Source: a virus. Taken from it: a DNA stretch of 35,554 nucleotides. Made by a program: the position numbers and the translations under genes. Under the pieces are notes generated by a model. It had not been told where the DNA came from, searched no databases, and saw only the letters and a program-made list of their open reading frames with translations. Location: IMG/VR virus record IMGVR_UViG_3300012346_000166, positions 1 through 35,554 of that record. One strand, 5' to 3'. Positions 8,379-16,365 of this stretch are shown here, in pieces. How positions within the stretch are numbered: the stretch's first letter is position 1; each line of letters starts with the position of its first letter.

Positions 8379-8629
8379 GTTAATAGTTTATAATTAATTA
8401 CTAACTCATTTAATTCTTCCCATAAAATACTGCCACTCCTGTCTGATTTATACTTCAAATCGCTTGGTTGTGGATACCTTTTTGCGTCACCATTAAATAA
8501 ATCATGTTGAGCATTCATTCTATGCCACAAATTACATAGCTCTTCTTCACTTTGAATCGTAATTGTTAGCGTAATTGGTTGGAATGTTTCTTGTTCTTTT
8601 ACTTCTACTTTCATATTATTTAAATTCAA
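8375..8629 (-). CDS. Hypothetical acidic protein
   Basis: 84-aa ORF, ATGA-coupled to the HTH gene. Confidence 0.6.
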   Translation of the reverse strand: MNLNNMKVEVKEQETFQPITLTITIQSEEELCNLWHRMNAQHDLFNGDAKRYPQPSDLKYKSDRSGSILWEELNELVINYKLLT

Positions 8630-8807
8630 TTTGTTGTACTCGTTCGTAATAATAAGTAAGTAAAATACTTACAAATCCAAGAATAGGAATAAACCAAATA
8701 AGAGTATAAACACTATAAGTTTTATCTATTCTAATTAATTTAATGTTATAGTATCTTGATATGTGAATATTCAAGAAATACAATGCTATAATAATAACTG
8801 TTGTCAT
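8616..8807 (-). CDS. Small two-TM membrane protein, paralog of 7948..8184
   Basis: See 7948..8184. Confidence 0.65.
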   Translation of the reverse strand: MTTVIIIALYFLNIHISRYYNIKLIRIDKTYSVYTLIWFIPILGFVSILLTYYYERVQQIEFK

Positions 8808-8808
8808 A

Positions 8809-9138
8809 TCACTTATTTTTTAAAATTTCAATTCGTTTATCGTATAAATCAACTTCACTTTGATATTGTGCGTATTCCATTAACCAATCATTATGTTGCG
8901 CACGTTTCATTTTGTGATGCGCTTGATTTCGTAAGTTGGTTAAATTGTCGAATGTTTGCTGTGTTTCGACTGCTTTATTAAGTTCTTTGAGGTTGTCTAA
9001 AAATGCGTTGTAATCGTAATTGCTAGCGTGTTCATGTGTCATTGAATTATCTGTTTCAGATTGTAACGTGTTGTAATTACACTTTTCAATAAACTCCAAA
9101 GCTGTTCTTGTAAGGTCTTCTATTTCTTGTTTTTTCAT
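8809..9138 (-). CDS. Hypothetical helical/coiled-coil protein
   Basis: 109-aa ORF. Confidence 0.6.
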   Translation of the reverse strand: MKKQEIEDLTRTALEFIEKCNYNTLQSETDNSMTHEHASNYDYNAFLDNLKELNKAVETQQTFDNLTNLRNQAHHKMKRAQHNDWLMEYAQYQSEVDLYDKRIEILKNK

Positions 9139-9178
9139 AATCTTTTTGTTTTGTTCTGCTAATATAATAAGAATTTAT

Positions 9179-9841
9179 TTAACAGCGATACTTTTCTTCC
9201 AATCTTTTTAACTCAGCATCGACTTGTGCATCTAACAACTCAGCTTCAATCAATGCAATATCAACCCATTCTTGAACTGTTTTGATGTTAGGTTTAGCTT
9301 TTGTACCTAAATCAATTTCAGTTTGTCTAGTTACAACCTTATACCACAATGGACAAATATTATTTTCAGGTCGATACGAGCAAAAGATATTTTTTTCTAG
9401 CTTTTCATTAACTACGAAAGCGTGTAATACTTGGTGAATATTGTCGCTAGGTATTTCATCTTGTCGTATTGTTTGAGTGTGTTTTTTAGATGCTGGTGAT
9501 TTAATCTCGCATTGAATAGTACCGTCTTCGTTTAATCCATCAGGACTAATACCAAGAATTTTGATCGTATCATGTGTAATAAATCCTACTTCATTAAACT
9601 TAACAAATACTTCACGACTTAGTTCTTCACGTGCTATTGGTTCTTTGTCTATACCCTCCTGCATTGCATAAGAAATATAACCATCTTCCTCATCATCAAA
9701 ATCTTCAATCATTTGACTAATTAAATCATTCAGCAAAGTATCTGATTTAACAAATAAACCTTTTGCTAATGTTCCACCGATTACACCTTTTTTGAGTAAG
9801 TGCCATTCGGTAGACCTTTGGAGTACGTTGTGTATTTTCAT
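9179..9841 (-). CDS. YqaJ-like (lambda Exo family) recombination exonuclease
   Basis: N-terminal QRSTEWHLLKKGVIGGT; PD-(D/E)xK-like ISPDG...CEIKSP. Confidence 0.7.
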   Translation of the reverse strand: MKIHNVLQRSTEWHLLKKGVIGGTLAKGLFVKSDTLLNDLISQMIEDFDDEEDGYISYAMQEGIDKEPIAREELSREVFVKFNEVGFITHDTIKILGISPDGLNEDGTIQCEIKSPASKKHTQTIRQDEIPSDNIHQVLHAFVVNEKLEKNIFCSYRPENNICPLWYKVVTRQTEIDLGTKAKPNIKTVQEWVDIALIEAELLDAQVDAELKRLEEKYRC

Positions 9842-10047
9842 AGTGCTTGTATTTCTTGTTTAACTTCATTCCAAAATTCATTAAAAATATCTGAAACGTG
9901 TTCTTCATCTACGCTATTGATAATCTCATCAACTGCGATAAGTGCGCATTGTTTGGCGTAATTTCTTTGAGTGCTATTTACAATAGTGTTAAAATCAAAT
10001 CTATTGTATTTATCAAATAACTCAACTGCCTTCTCTTTAGGTGTCAT
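9838..10047 (-). CDS. Hypothetical protein
   Basis: 69-aa ORF with ATGA overlaps on both sides. Confidence 0.6.
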   Translation of the reverse strand: MTPKEKAVELFDKYNRFDFNTIVNSTQRNYAKQCALIAVDEIINSVDEEHVSDIFNEFWNEVKQEIQAL

Positions 10048-10415
10048 AACTCAAACTCTTTTAAATATAAATCAATAACTCTTTTCGTCTTTTCTAAATC
10101 TTCTTTGAACTGTCCCTTTTTGCGACATCTTGTAATTCGTTTAATAATATCGAACTCCCAAGCATTCAACTCATGGTCTTGTGCGAACTTATAAAGGCTT
10201 CCGTTTGTGTTGTTGTAGTGTTGGTCGGTTGGTTGGTCTTCAATTAGTTCTACTTCTCGTTTAAATAAACACCATGTTCTACCATCACTACCTTTACACC
10301 AAACATCGCCGTTAACGTCTAATTTCTCAACTTCATAAATATTACCAATTATAAACTGTCTGTTTGAGCGTGCATTATCAAAACCGTCTGCAGGCACTAT
10401 ATATCTAACTCTCAT
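10044..10415 (-). CDS. Protein with a DUF3310-like C-terminal domain
   Basis: LNAWEFDIIKRITRCRKKGQFKEDLEKTKRVIDLYL resembles the DUF3310 signature. Confidence 0.45.
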   Translation of the reverse strand: MRVRYIVPADGFDNARSNRQFIIGNIYEVEKLDVNGDVWCKGSDGRTWCLFKREVELIEDQPTDQHYNNTNGSLYKFAQDHELNAWEFDIIKRITRCRKKGQFKEDLEKTKRVIDLYLKEFEL

Positions 10416-10927
10416 AACCTTTCAATTTGTTGCTGTGTCAATACAAAATTCTCTTCTAATTCTTTGCGAGTATAGTTACCATCTGTAATTGATTGTAATG
10501 CTTTGGCAAACTGTGTTTCGTTTAGCGTTTTCTTTTCAACTACTACTGCTTGCTGTTTTACTTTGATACCACCTACTACTTGACCCATCATTTTAACAGT
10601 TGCATCAAATGTAAGTTCAATCTGCATACCAACCCAATTAGCAATGTTTCTACTTTCGATAGGTGTTAATTGTTTTGTTTGCTTACATAACGAAGCGATA
10701 ACTTTACGATTGCCTGAATTTACTACCATCGGCTTAATATCTTCGGTAAACTCTAAAAAGTAACCATCTGTTTTATTACCCGATACATCAACACCTTTTG
10801 AATAGTACGCATCTTTAATCGTTACTATACATTTTCCTTTTTCTGCAATGATTGCTTCAACATCTACACCTGCTATGTGTGTAGCTTTTCTAAATTTCAT
10901 GCAATCGACATTGTGAATTTTATCCAT
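10412..10927 (-). CDS. Hypothetical protein (unassigned; possibly DNA-binding, part of the recombination module)
   Basis: 171-aa ORF preceded by a promoter-like box. Confidence 0.6.
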   Translation of the reverse strand: MDKIHNVDCMKFRKATHIAGVDVEAIIAEKGKCIVTIKDAYYSKGVDVSGNKTDGYFLEFTEDIKPMVVNSGNRKVIASLCKQTKQLTPIESRNIANWVGMQIELTFDATVKMMGQVVGGIKVKQQAVVVEKKTLNETQFAKALQSITDGNYTRKELEENFVLTQQQIERL

Positions 10928-10953
10928 AATTATTTGTTTTTTGTTTCTTGAAG

Positions 10954-10961
10954 CAAAGATA
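10954..10961 (-). promoter_or_regulatory. -7 box TATCTTTG within CTTATCTTTGCTTCAA
   Basis: Plus strand caaagata in the 82-nt gap; 26 nt before the ATG at 10927. Confidence 0.45.
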
Positions 10962-11009
10962 AGTATTTATTTTAATTAAATTGCAATTGAAGTGAAATTA
11001 TTTTTTAAA

Positions 11010-11879
11010 TTAATAATCAATACTGCACGATCTGCCACATTCTGATTCAAAATCAAACAAATCGTTTTCATAAACATATTCATCTGTCGCCTTACTAAAT
11101 TGTTTTTTAGTGTCTTCAATTAATTCTTTAATAGATTTATTTTTTCTACCAAAAAAAGCACCACCTGAATTTACAAACGCATTGTAATTATCCTTGCCTT
11201 CTAATTCAATTAAAGAATATTTTTCTTCCATTTCATTCCACCATATTAATTTTTCAGGATATTCAACTGCAATTGTCATTTTTTTACGGTTTGACTTTTC
11301 AAAACATATATCACAATTACCTTCATATGCTTTTAATTTCAATTGAATAGGCTGGTCTTTCCAAAACATATTCCTTTCACGTTGACTAATTTTATTTTCA
11401 AATGGTGGGTAAAAAATATTATTTGTTTTATAACTATCTGAAATGCGATCTATTTCATCAATTCTAATTCCAACTGCTGTACTCCAATTATTAGCGCCAA
11501 ATAAATGATTTGCGTATTTTTGCATTGGTATAATCTTCAACTCTCTATTACACCATTTATTAGCAACACTAGGAATACCATACTTTTTAATTCCTTGTTC
11601 AAATAAATCTCCATTGGTACATAATTCTTCAAATGTAGTCACTCTAAAATCTGTTCCTTTCCCTTTCTCATTAAACTTAGCTTCTAACCATACTAAATTT
11701 AACCCAAAATACTTGTCGCATTCATTCATAAATTCAAGGCTTCTAATGTCTTCTTTTGAAGTGTTAGCCATTACATTTACAATATTACAATTTGGATACC
11801 ATTCTTTCATTTTAATTGCCATCATTACAGAAGTATATCCCGCTGAAACTGAGCATAAAATATTATCACTTGTTTTCAT
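11010..11879 (-). CDS. PAPS/APS-reductase-like PP-loop enzyme
   Basis: PP-loop-like SVSAGYTS, WCNRELKIIP, CDIC pair, C-terminal ECGRS (compare the CysH ECGLH motif). Confidence 0.6.
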   Translation of the reverse strand: MKTSDNILCSVSAGYTSVMMAIKMKEWYPNCNIVNVMANTSKEDIRSLEFMNECDKYFGLNLVWLEAKFNEKGKGTDFRVTTFEELCTNGDLFEQGIKKYGIPSVANKWCNRELKIIPMQKYANHLFGANNWSTAVGIRIDEIDRISDSYKTNNIFYPPFENKISQRERNMFWKDQPIQLKLKAYEGNCDICFEKSNRKKMTIAVEYPEKLIWWNEMEEKYSLIELEGKDNYNAFVNSGGAFFGRKNKSIKELIEDTKKQFSKATDEYVYENDLFDFESECGRSCSIDY

Positions 11880-12325
11880 TGTCTATTAATTTTAATTAGT
11901 TGTTTTATTAATTGATCATTTTCCATTTCTAACTGTTGGATTTGAATTTGATATTTATCTTTAAACTCAATCAACTTCTTATTATAATCTTCTTCTAGTT
12001 GTTTTAAGGCATCATTTGAAACATGTTTAAGACTTTCTTTATTCATTGCTTCATCTTCACTTTCAAACTGCCTTAAACGTTCTTTTAACTGATTCTTTTC
12101 ACTAAGCAAAACACCGCAATCAATTTCAGCTTTATACATAATTGACCGAAACTGTTTTATCAATGTCAAAACGTTGTAAACATTATTAGAAAAATTAACC
12201 GCTTTCTTTACGTTTAACGCACTATTATTTTGTTCGCAATACTTTAGACATAAATTAGTTAAAAACGCGTCAGAATCGTTTATTTTGCTATCAAATGACG
12301 TTTGCCAATACTCTACTTTCTCCAT
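11876..12325 (-). CDS. Hypothetical coiled-coil protein
   Basis: 149-aa ORF with heptad-rich C-terminal half. Confidence 0.6.
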   Translation of the reverse strand: MEKVEYWQTSFDSKINDSDAFLTNLCLKYCEQNNSALNVKKAVNFSNNVYNVLTLIKQFRSIMYKAEIDCGVLLSEKNQLKERLRQFESEDEAMNKESLKHVSNDALKQLEEDYNKKLIEFKDKYQIQIQQLEMENDQLIKQLIKINRQ

Positions 12326-12336
12326 CTTGTAAATAT

Positions 12337-13374
12337 TTAAAAGGGTGTATCATCATTTTGTGGTGTCAAATCAAATTCATTGTTCGGTTCAAGTGGTTTA
12401 AATTGGTGGTTAAACTCAATTTTTTTATGCGTTTCGGGTTTTGTATCGTATTCACCACGATTTGAATAAATTTCATTACCTGCAAAATCCTTCATGTAAT
12501 AACGATATGCAGAAAGATTAAGATAAAATTTGTACGTTCCATTCTTTGATGTGCCTTTTGGTTTTGTCTTAGCAATCTTTACATGCACCTCGTTATCTTC
12601 TGCAATTTCACCTGCACCTGTTTCGAATCCTAAAGGCGGTCTCCAAAAGATTATCATTGACATACCTTTTCTAAACCAAGTTTGTCCACCTGCTAAATCT
12701 CTCGCTGTTGGTGGTGGGTAATAATACATATCCGTTCCTTTAACCTTTTCTATTTTTTGATCTCGAACGTGTGTAATTATGCAATGATGTTTTTGATTTT
12801 GTTTTGCATGCTTTCTAACAACTCCAAGCACTCGACTTAAATACAAATCTTCACGCCCTAAATCTTCAGGTTTAAAATCGCTTTTAAGTTCATTCCAAGG
12901 GTCGGCTGTTGTTGTGTGAATCTGAATATCATTTTCTTTTTCAAACTCATCAATCATATCGTAGAACTTTTGCGCACTCATTTCGCTTTGGTCGTCAAAT
13001 ACAAAGAAATGCTTTTCAATGAATTTTTCCGCTGTTAGTTTTTCAGTTGCGTTCATTTGCCAAGTTCCTTTAATGTAAGGCTTACCGATAAATTTGTGCA
13101 TTAACTCTGAGTAAATATCAACGTGTGAACCTGTTTCGGGTGAATAAATAACATGCTTCCATCCGTGCAAACAAGATAAGTTTATTAGAATCTCAAACCA
13201 CCATTCAGATTTTCCTGAAGCGGGCGCACCTGCAATGTAAGTAGTTGAACCAAGTTTTACCGTGTAAGGAAATTGTTCCCAAGTCCATCCAACATCTTTG
13301 CCAAGTTCAATCCCTACCGTATGCAAGTGTTCTAATTCTGTCTTTACTTCTGATAGTTTTTTAATCATGGTCAA
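12337..13374 (-). CDS. DnaB/gp4-family helicase-like ATPase
   Basis: Walker A GAPASGKSEW, SPETGS (H1a-like), FFVFDD (Walker B-like). Confidence 0.6.
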   Translation of the reverse strand: MTMIKKLSEVKTELEHLHTVGIELGKDVGWTWEQFPYTVKLGSTTYIAGAPASGKSEWWFEILINLSCLHGWKHVIYSPETGSHVDIYSELMHKFIGKPYIKGTWQMNATEKLTAEKFIEKHFFVFDDQSEMSAQKFYDMIDEFEKENDIQIHTTTADPWNELKSDFKPEDLGREDLYLSRVLGVVRKHAKQNQKHHCIITHVRDQKIEKVKGTDMYYYPPPTARDLAGGQTWFRKGMSMIIFWRPPLGFETGAGEIAEDNEVHVKIAKTKPKGTSKNGTYKFYLNLSAYRYYMKDFAGNEIYSNRGEYDTKPETHKKIEFNHQFKPLEPNNEFDLTPQNDDTPF

Positions 13375-14104
13375 GAATTTTAGAAGCTGGTGTATAACTG
13401 CTTGACTGATTCAAGTATCTGTTGAAATTGTCTAATCTCAAAAAATGTGTTGGTGTCAAATTACCTGTTTCATGAACCCATTGATTTTTATACATGTTGT
13501 TAAAAGCAATTGCAAAATCTGTAAATTCATACGAAGCCCTTACTTCCTTAAAATTGTTTCTATCGGGTTTTGATAATTTATTAAACCTGCCTAGCTTACC
13601 TTTTCGTTTAAGCATCATTTGATTCCACCAACCTAAAAATGCTTCTACTTGTTCTTCAAAAGTTTGTTTCTTTTTATCTACGACATCAGGCGTTAAAGAA
13701 TCTTCTTTTCCTTTCGTTTCTGTTTCTTCTTCGTTTCGTTTCAAGCCGTCATCTGTCAGACAACTGTCAGCCATTTGACCGCATGTTGCAGACGGCTCAG
13801 GAAATTTACTTTTCATTATACGCAAACGTTGGTTAAAGTCCTGAATTTCAACATACTCTTTTCCATCATTGTGATACAAAAGAATGATTCCAAACTTTAC
13901 GCATTCATCTCTATACTTTTCAATTGACTTAAGATTAATATCTTTTAACGGATATAATTGAGCCTTTAGCAACTTTGTAGAACCGTAAAATCTACCGAAG
14001 TCATCAGCTTTCATAATTAGTCTTGTAAAGAATTGTTCAGCTTCTATTGATAGTTCGTTAATCTTTTCCGAACATGTCCAATCTCTTAATACTCTATTTG
14101 CCAT
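13361..14104 (-). CDS. Putative replication initiation/organiser protein
   Basis: 247 aa directly upstream of the helicase, with an acidic linker. Function is assigned from position only. Confidence 0.3.
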   Translation of the reverse strand: MANRVLRDWTCSEKINELSIEAEQFFTRLIMKADDFGRFYGSTKLLKAQLYPLKDINLKSIEKYRDECVKFGIILLYHNDGKEYVEIQDFNQRLRIMKSKFPEPSATCGQMADSCLTDDGLKRNEEETETKGKEDSLTPDVVDKKKQTFEEQVEAFLGWWNQMMLKRKGKLGRFNKLSKPDRNNFKEVRASYEFTDFAIAFNNMYKNQWVHETGNLTPTHFLRLDNFNRYLNQSSSYTPASKILDHD

Positions 14105-14106
14105 AA

Positions 14107-14628
14107 TTAAAACCCTTCATTTTTCAATTTATAACCGTACTGAGATGTAAACTTAAGCCCGTCTAATGTATAGTCATAAGTAAAAATATCCATCGATAAC
14201 TTATTTTCATCTTCTTCGTGAATGCAATCAGTAGAAGAATCAATAATATCAGGTAAATAACAAATTGAAGAATTTACATCAATACTTTTGCCTATAAGAG
14301 TTATCCTGTAATTAAACAAATATTGTAGATGTGGCTTTTTTAATTCAATAAATCTTTTGATACCGTGTAAATAATTTACAGCTTGAAAGAATGAACTAAC
14401 AGATATATTTTCTTTCTTTAACTCTATGACATTTATAATACCTTTATGGTATAATTTCATTTCGTCATCCCACGAAGGTCTTTGAAATTCAATAATATCA
14501 GCAATCCCATAGTTGCCAATTCTTACTTGGTTCTTTCTTTTCCCGTGAATTCCTAAACCTCTTTGTTGTAACATTTCGTTACTTGCACTCATAATGATTT
14601 GTTCTAAATCCTTTTCTAAAAATTTCAT
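14107..14628 (-). CDS. NucS/DUF91-like PD-(D/E)xK nuclease
   Basis: EKDLEQII...LGIHGKRKNQVRIGNYGIADIIEF...INVIELKK follows the E.DLE..I / G.iD / ElK pattern. Confidence 0.5.
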   Translation of the reverse strand: MKFLEKDLEQIIMSASNEMLQQRGLGIHGKRKNQVRIGNYGIADIIEFQRPSWDDEMKLYHKGIINVIELKKENISVSSFFQAVNYLHGIKRFIELKKPHLQYLFNYRITLIGKSIDVNSSICYLPDIIDSSTDCIHEEDENKLSMDIFTYDYTLDGLKFTSQYGYKLKNEGF

Positions 14629-14650
14629 AACATTCCGTTATTTTATAAAT

Positions 14651-14740
14651 TAAAAAACCCCTTCATTCCTTAGTGCTTCGACCTACTAATTCATAAAGGG
14701 GCATAACTAATACCTTAAAGTTCTATAATGTCGAAGCGAA
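14651..14740 (-). ncRNA. Candidate structured leader or small RNA: two interleaved stems, terminator U-run and a 13-codon mini-ORF
   Basis: Stem A GCUUCGAC/GUCGAAGC (14737..14730 with 14682..14675). Stem B CCCCUU/AAGGGG (14701..14696 with 14663..14658) followed by U6. A promoter box lies upstream. Confidence 0.35.
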
Positions 14741-14746
14741 CCTTTG

Positions 14747-14754
14747 CAAATATA
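14747..14754 (-). promoter_or_regulatory. -7 box TATATTTG (TTTATATTTGC)
   Basis: Plus strand caaatata, in the gap between 14765 and 14628. Confidence 0.45.
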
Positions 14755-14764
14755 AAAAACTATT

Positions 14765-14968
14765 TCAATCTAAACAAATTTGTTTATAAATTAATTCTTC
14801 GTGTTGCTCCAATGTTCCTAAAAATAGCAATTTAACTTTATCGTATGGAGTAATATTTTCAGATTTCCATGCTTTTAATTTAGCATTTTTATCATCTTCA
14901 TCCTTTGCTGAAAAAGTATAGTTAACAAATCGACTGTTTTTCTGAATTATTAGTTTGTAACATTCCAT
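14765..14968 (-). CDS. Hypothetical protein
   Basis: 67-aa ORF. Confidence 0.55.
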   Translation of the reverse strand: MECYKLIIQKNSRFVNYTFSAKDEDDKNAKLKAWKSENITPYDKVKLLFLGTLEQHEELIYKQICLD

Positions 14969-14970
14969 AT

Positions 14971-15357
14971 CTATCTTAACACATTACTTAAATACTCATC
15001 AATAATCTGTTTACAATGTTCAAAACCAATTCCAAACGTAGCGTAATATCCTAGCTTGTTTAGTTCATCAATTGCCTTTTGTTGTCCTTCTAAATGTTCG
15101 TTTTTAAGTAAAGTACCATCTTTTTTAAATGGACTTTTAACTTTCAATTCAATAGCTAAACCATCGTAGTAATAATTCGGAAATAATACAAGCAAGTCAG
15201 GACATTTGAAGCCATCTTTTTGAATTGCTTTATTTCGTCCTGCTTGGCTTTGTGTTAGCTTTAAACTTGTTCCTGTGCTAAGATATAACACGTTCGGATA
15301 TTGAGCGTTTAAATAAGCGCAAATTGATTTTTGTAAATTGTATTCGGGGTGGTTCAT
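14971..15357 (-). CDS. VRR-NUC domain nuclease
   Basis: NLQKSICAYL..., CPDLLVL, LAIELKV; ends in one of only two TAG stops I found. Confidence 0.7.
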   Translation of the reverse strand: MNHPEYNLQKSICAYLNAQYPNVLYLSTGTSLKLTQSQAGRNKAIQKDGFKCPDLLVLFPNYYYDGLAIELKVKSPFKKDGTLLKNEHLEGQQKAIDELNKLGYYATFGIGFEHCKQIIDEYLSNVLR

Positions 15358-15587
15358 GGTTCAATTATTTTAATTTGCTCTCTATCCTTAGATAAAAGAC
15401 CTTTTTGTATCAAATATTCAGTAGCATCATCCATGATTCTTATGCAGTATTCATTGTAAAGAACTCCAGTGTTCACATTGTACCAACAATGCCAAAATCT
15501 TTCTGTGTTGAAATACATTAAAGAATCTCTTTCTTCTTGTGTAATTTCTACTTTTCTTTCAAAGTGTGGGTTTGGTATCATAATCAT
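15354..15587 (-). CDS. Hypothetical protein
   Basis: 77-aa ORF with an ATGA overlap downstream. Confidence 0.6.
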   Translation of the reverse strand: MIMIPNPHFERKVEITQEERDSLMYFNTERFWHCWYNVNTGVLYNEYCIRIMDDATEYLIQKGLLSKDREQIKIIEP

Positions 15588-15614
15588 ATTTTTTTTGTTT
15601 GTATAAATCTAATT

Positions 15615-15645
15615 AAAAAAGGGGAAAAACTAGCATTTAACCCCT
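15615..15645 (-). terminator. Intrinsic terminator-like hairpin (AGGGG/CCCCU stem) with flanking A and T runs (bidirectional shape)
   Basis: 5-bp GC stem, 16-nt loop, U-run on the minus strand; lies after gene 15702..16103. Confidence 0.4.
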
Positions 15646-15701
15646 ATTTTTTACCTAACCGTAAACAAAAAATAATTATGATACGGCTAAGATAGGAAAA
15701 T

Positions 15702-16103
15702 TTAAGCTACTTCCATCGTTTTTTTAAGTTCTTCCTGAAGTAATCGCATTTGGTGAAAATCCTCACAAGCTAATACACGTTCTTTTAATGTTTGAACTAA
15801 TACCAATCTATTACTTATTCCTAATTTTTCGCAAATATAGCTTTTAACAACATCAAAATCCTCATGTTTAAATCTGAATTCAGATAGTAATTTGTATTGT
15901 TTTAGTCCATGCAATACAGTTGTATGATCTCGATTAAAAAACTTACCTATTCTTTCAAGTGAAAGATTATAATTGCGTAGATATTTATACAAAATAAATC
16001 TACCATATACTTTTTCTCTAAGTCTGCATTTAGATTTTAAATCCATTTCTTCAATCAGTTTTATAACCGCTTCGAAATCTACTTCATGTTCATTATTCTT
16101 CAT
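15702..16103 (-). CDS. DnaA domain IV-like HTH protein (stand-alone DnaA C-terminal domain)
   Basis: REKVYGRFILYKYLRNYNLSLERIGKFFNRDHTTVLHGLKQ matches the Bac_DnaA_C signature (..SL..IG..F.RDHTTVLH). Confidence 0.6.
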   Translation of the reverse strand: MKNNEHEVDFEAVIKLIEEMDLKSKCRLREKVYGRFILYKYLRNYNLSLERIGKFFNRDHTTVLHGLKQYKLLSEFRFKHEDFDVVKSYICEKLGISNRLVLVQTLKERVLACEDFHQMRLLQEELKKTMEVA

Positions 16104-16365
16104 CTTCGTTAATTCTAATTTCTTTTACTAAATCGTCAATTCGTTTTACAATATCAATGTAGTTTTGAGATTGCTCACTATCTAAATTCTCGGTTGTTTT
16201 TTCTACTTCTTTTTCAATGAATGAATAAAAGTTTTCACAACGCATTTTAAATTCTCGCTTGTAAATTAATGTGTTGCTAAGTTGGTCGATTGTATGGATA
16301 ACACTTTGCATTTGTAACATAAGTGCTAGTGTTAAATCCATTTGGTGTTTCATTTCTTTTGTCAT
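16093..16365 (-). CDS. Hypothetical acidic helical protein
   Basis: 90-aa ORF. Confidence 0.6.
   Translation of the reverse strand: MTKEMKHQMDLTLALMLQMQSVIHTIDQLSNTLIYKREFKMRCENFYSFIEKEVEKTTENLDSEQSQNYIDIVKRIDDLVKEIRINEDEE

Noticed and set aside
14651-14745. Possible tRNA (for example an amber suppressor) in the structured gap
   Set aside because: The 8-bp stem encloses only 47 nt, too short for a cloverleaf. There is no D-arm or T-loop consensus in the right register, and no other tRNA-like region was seen in the window.
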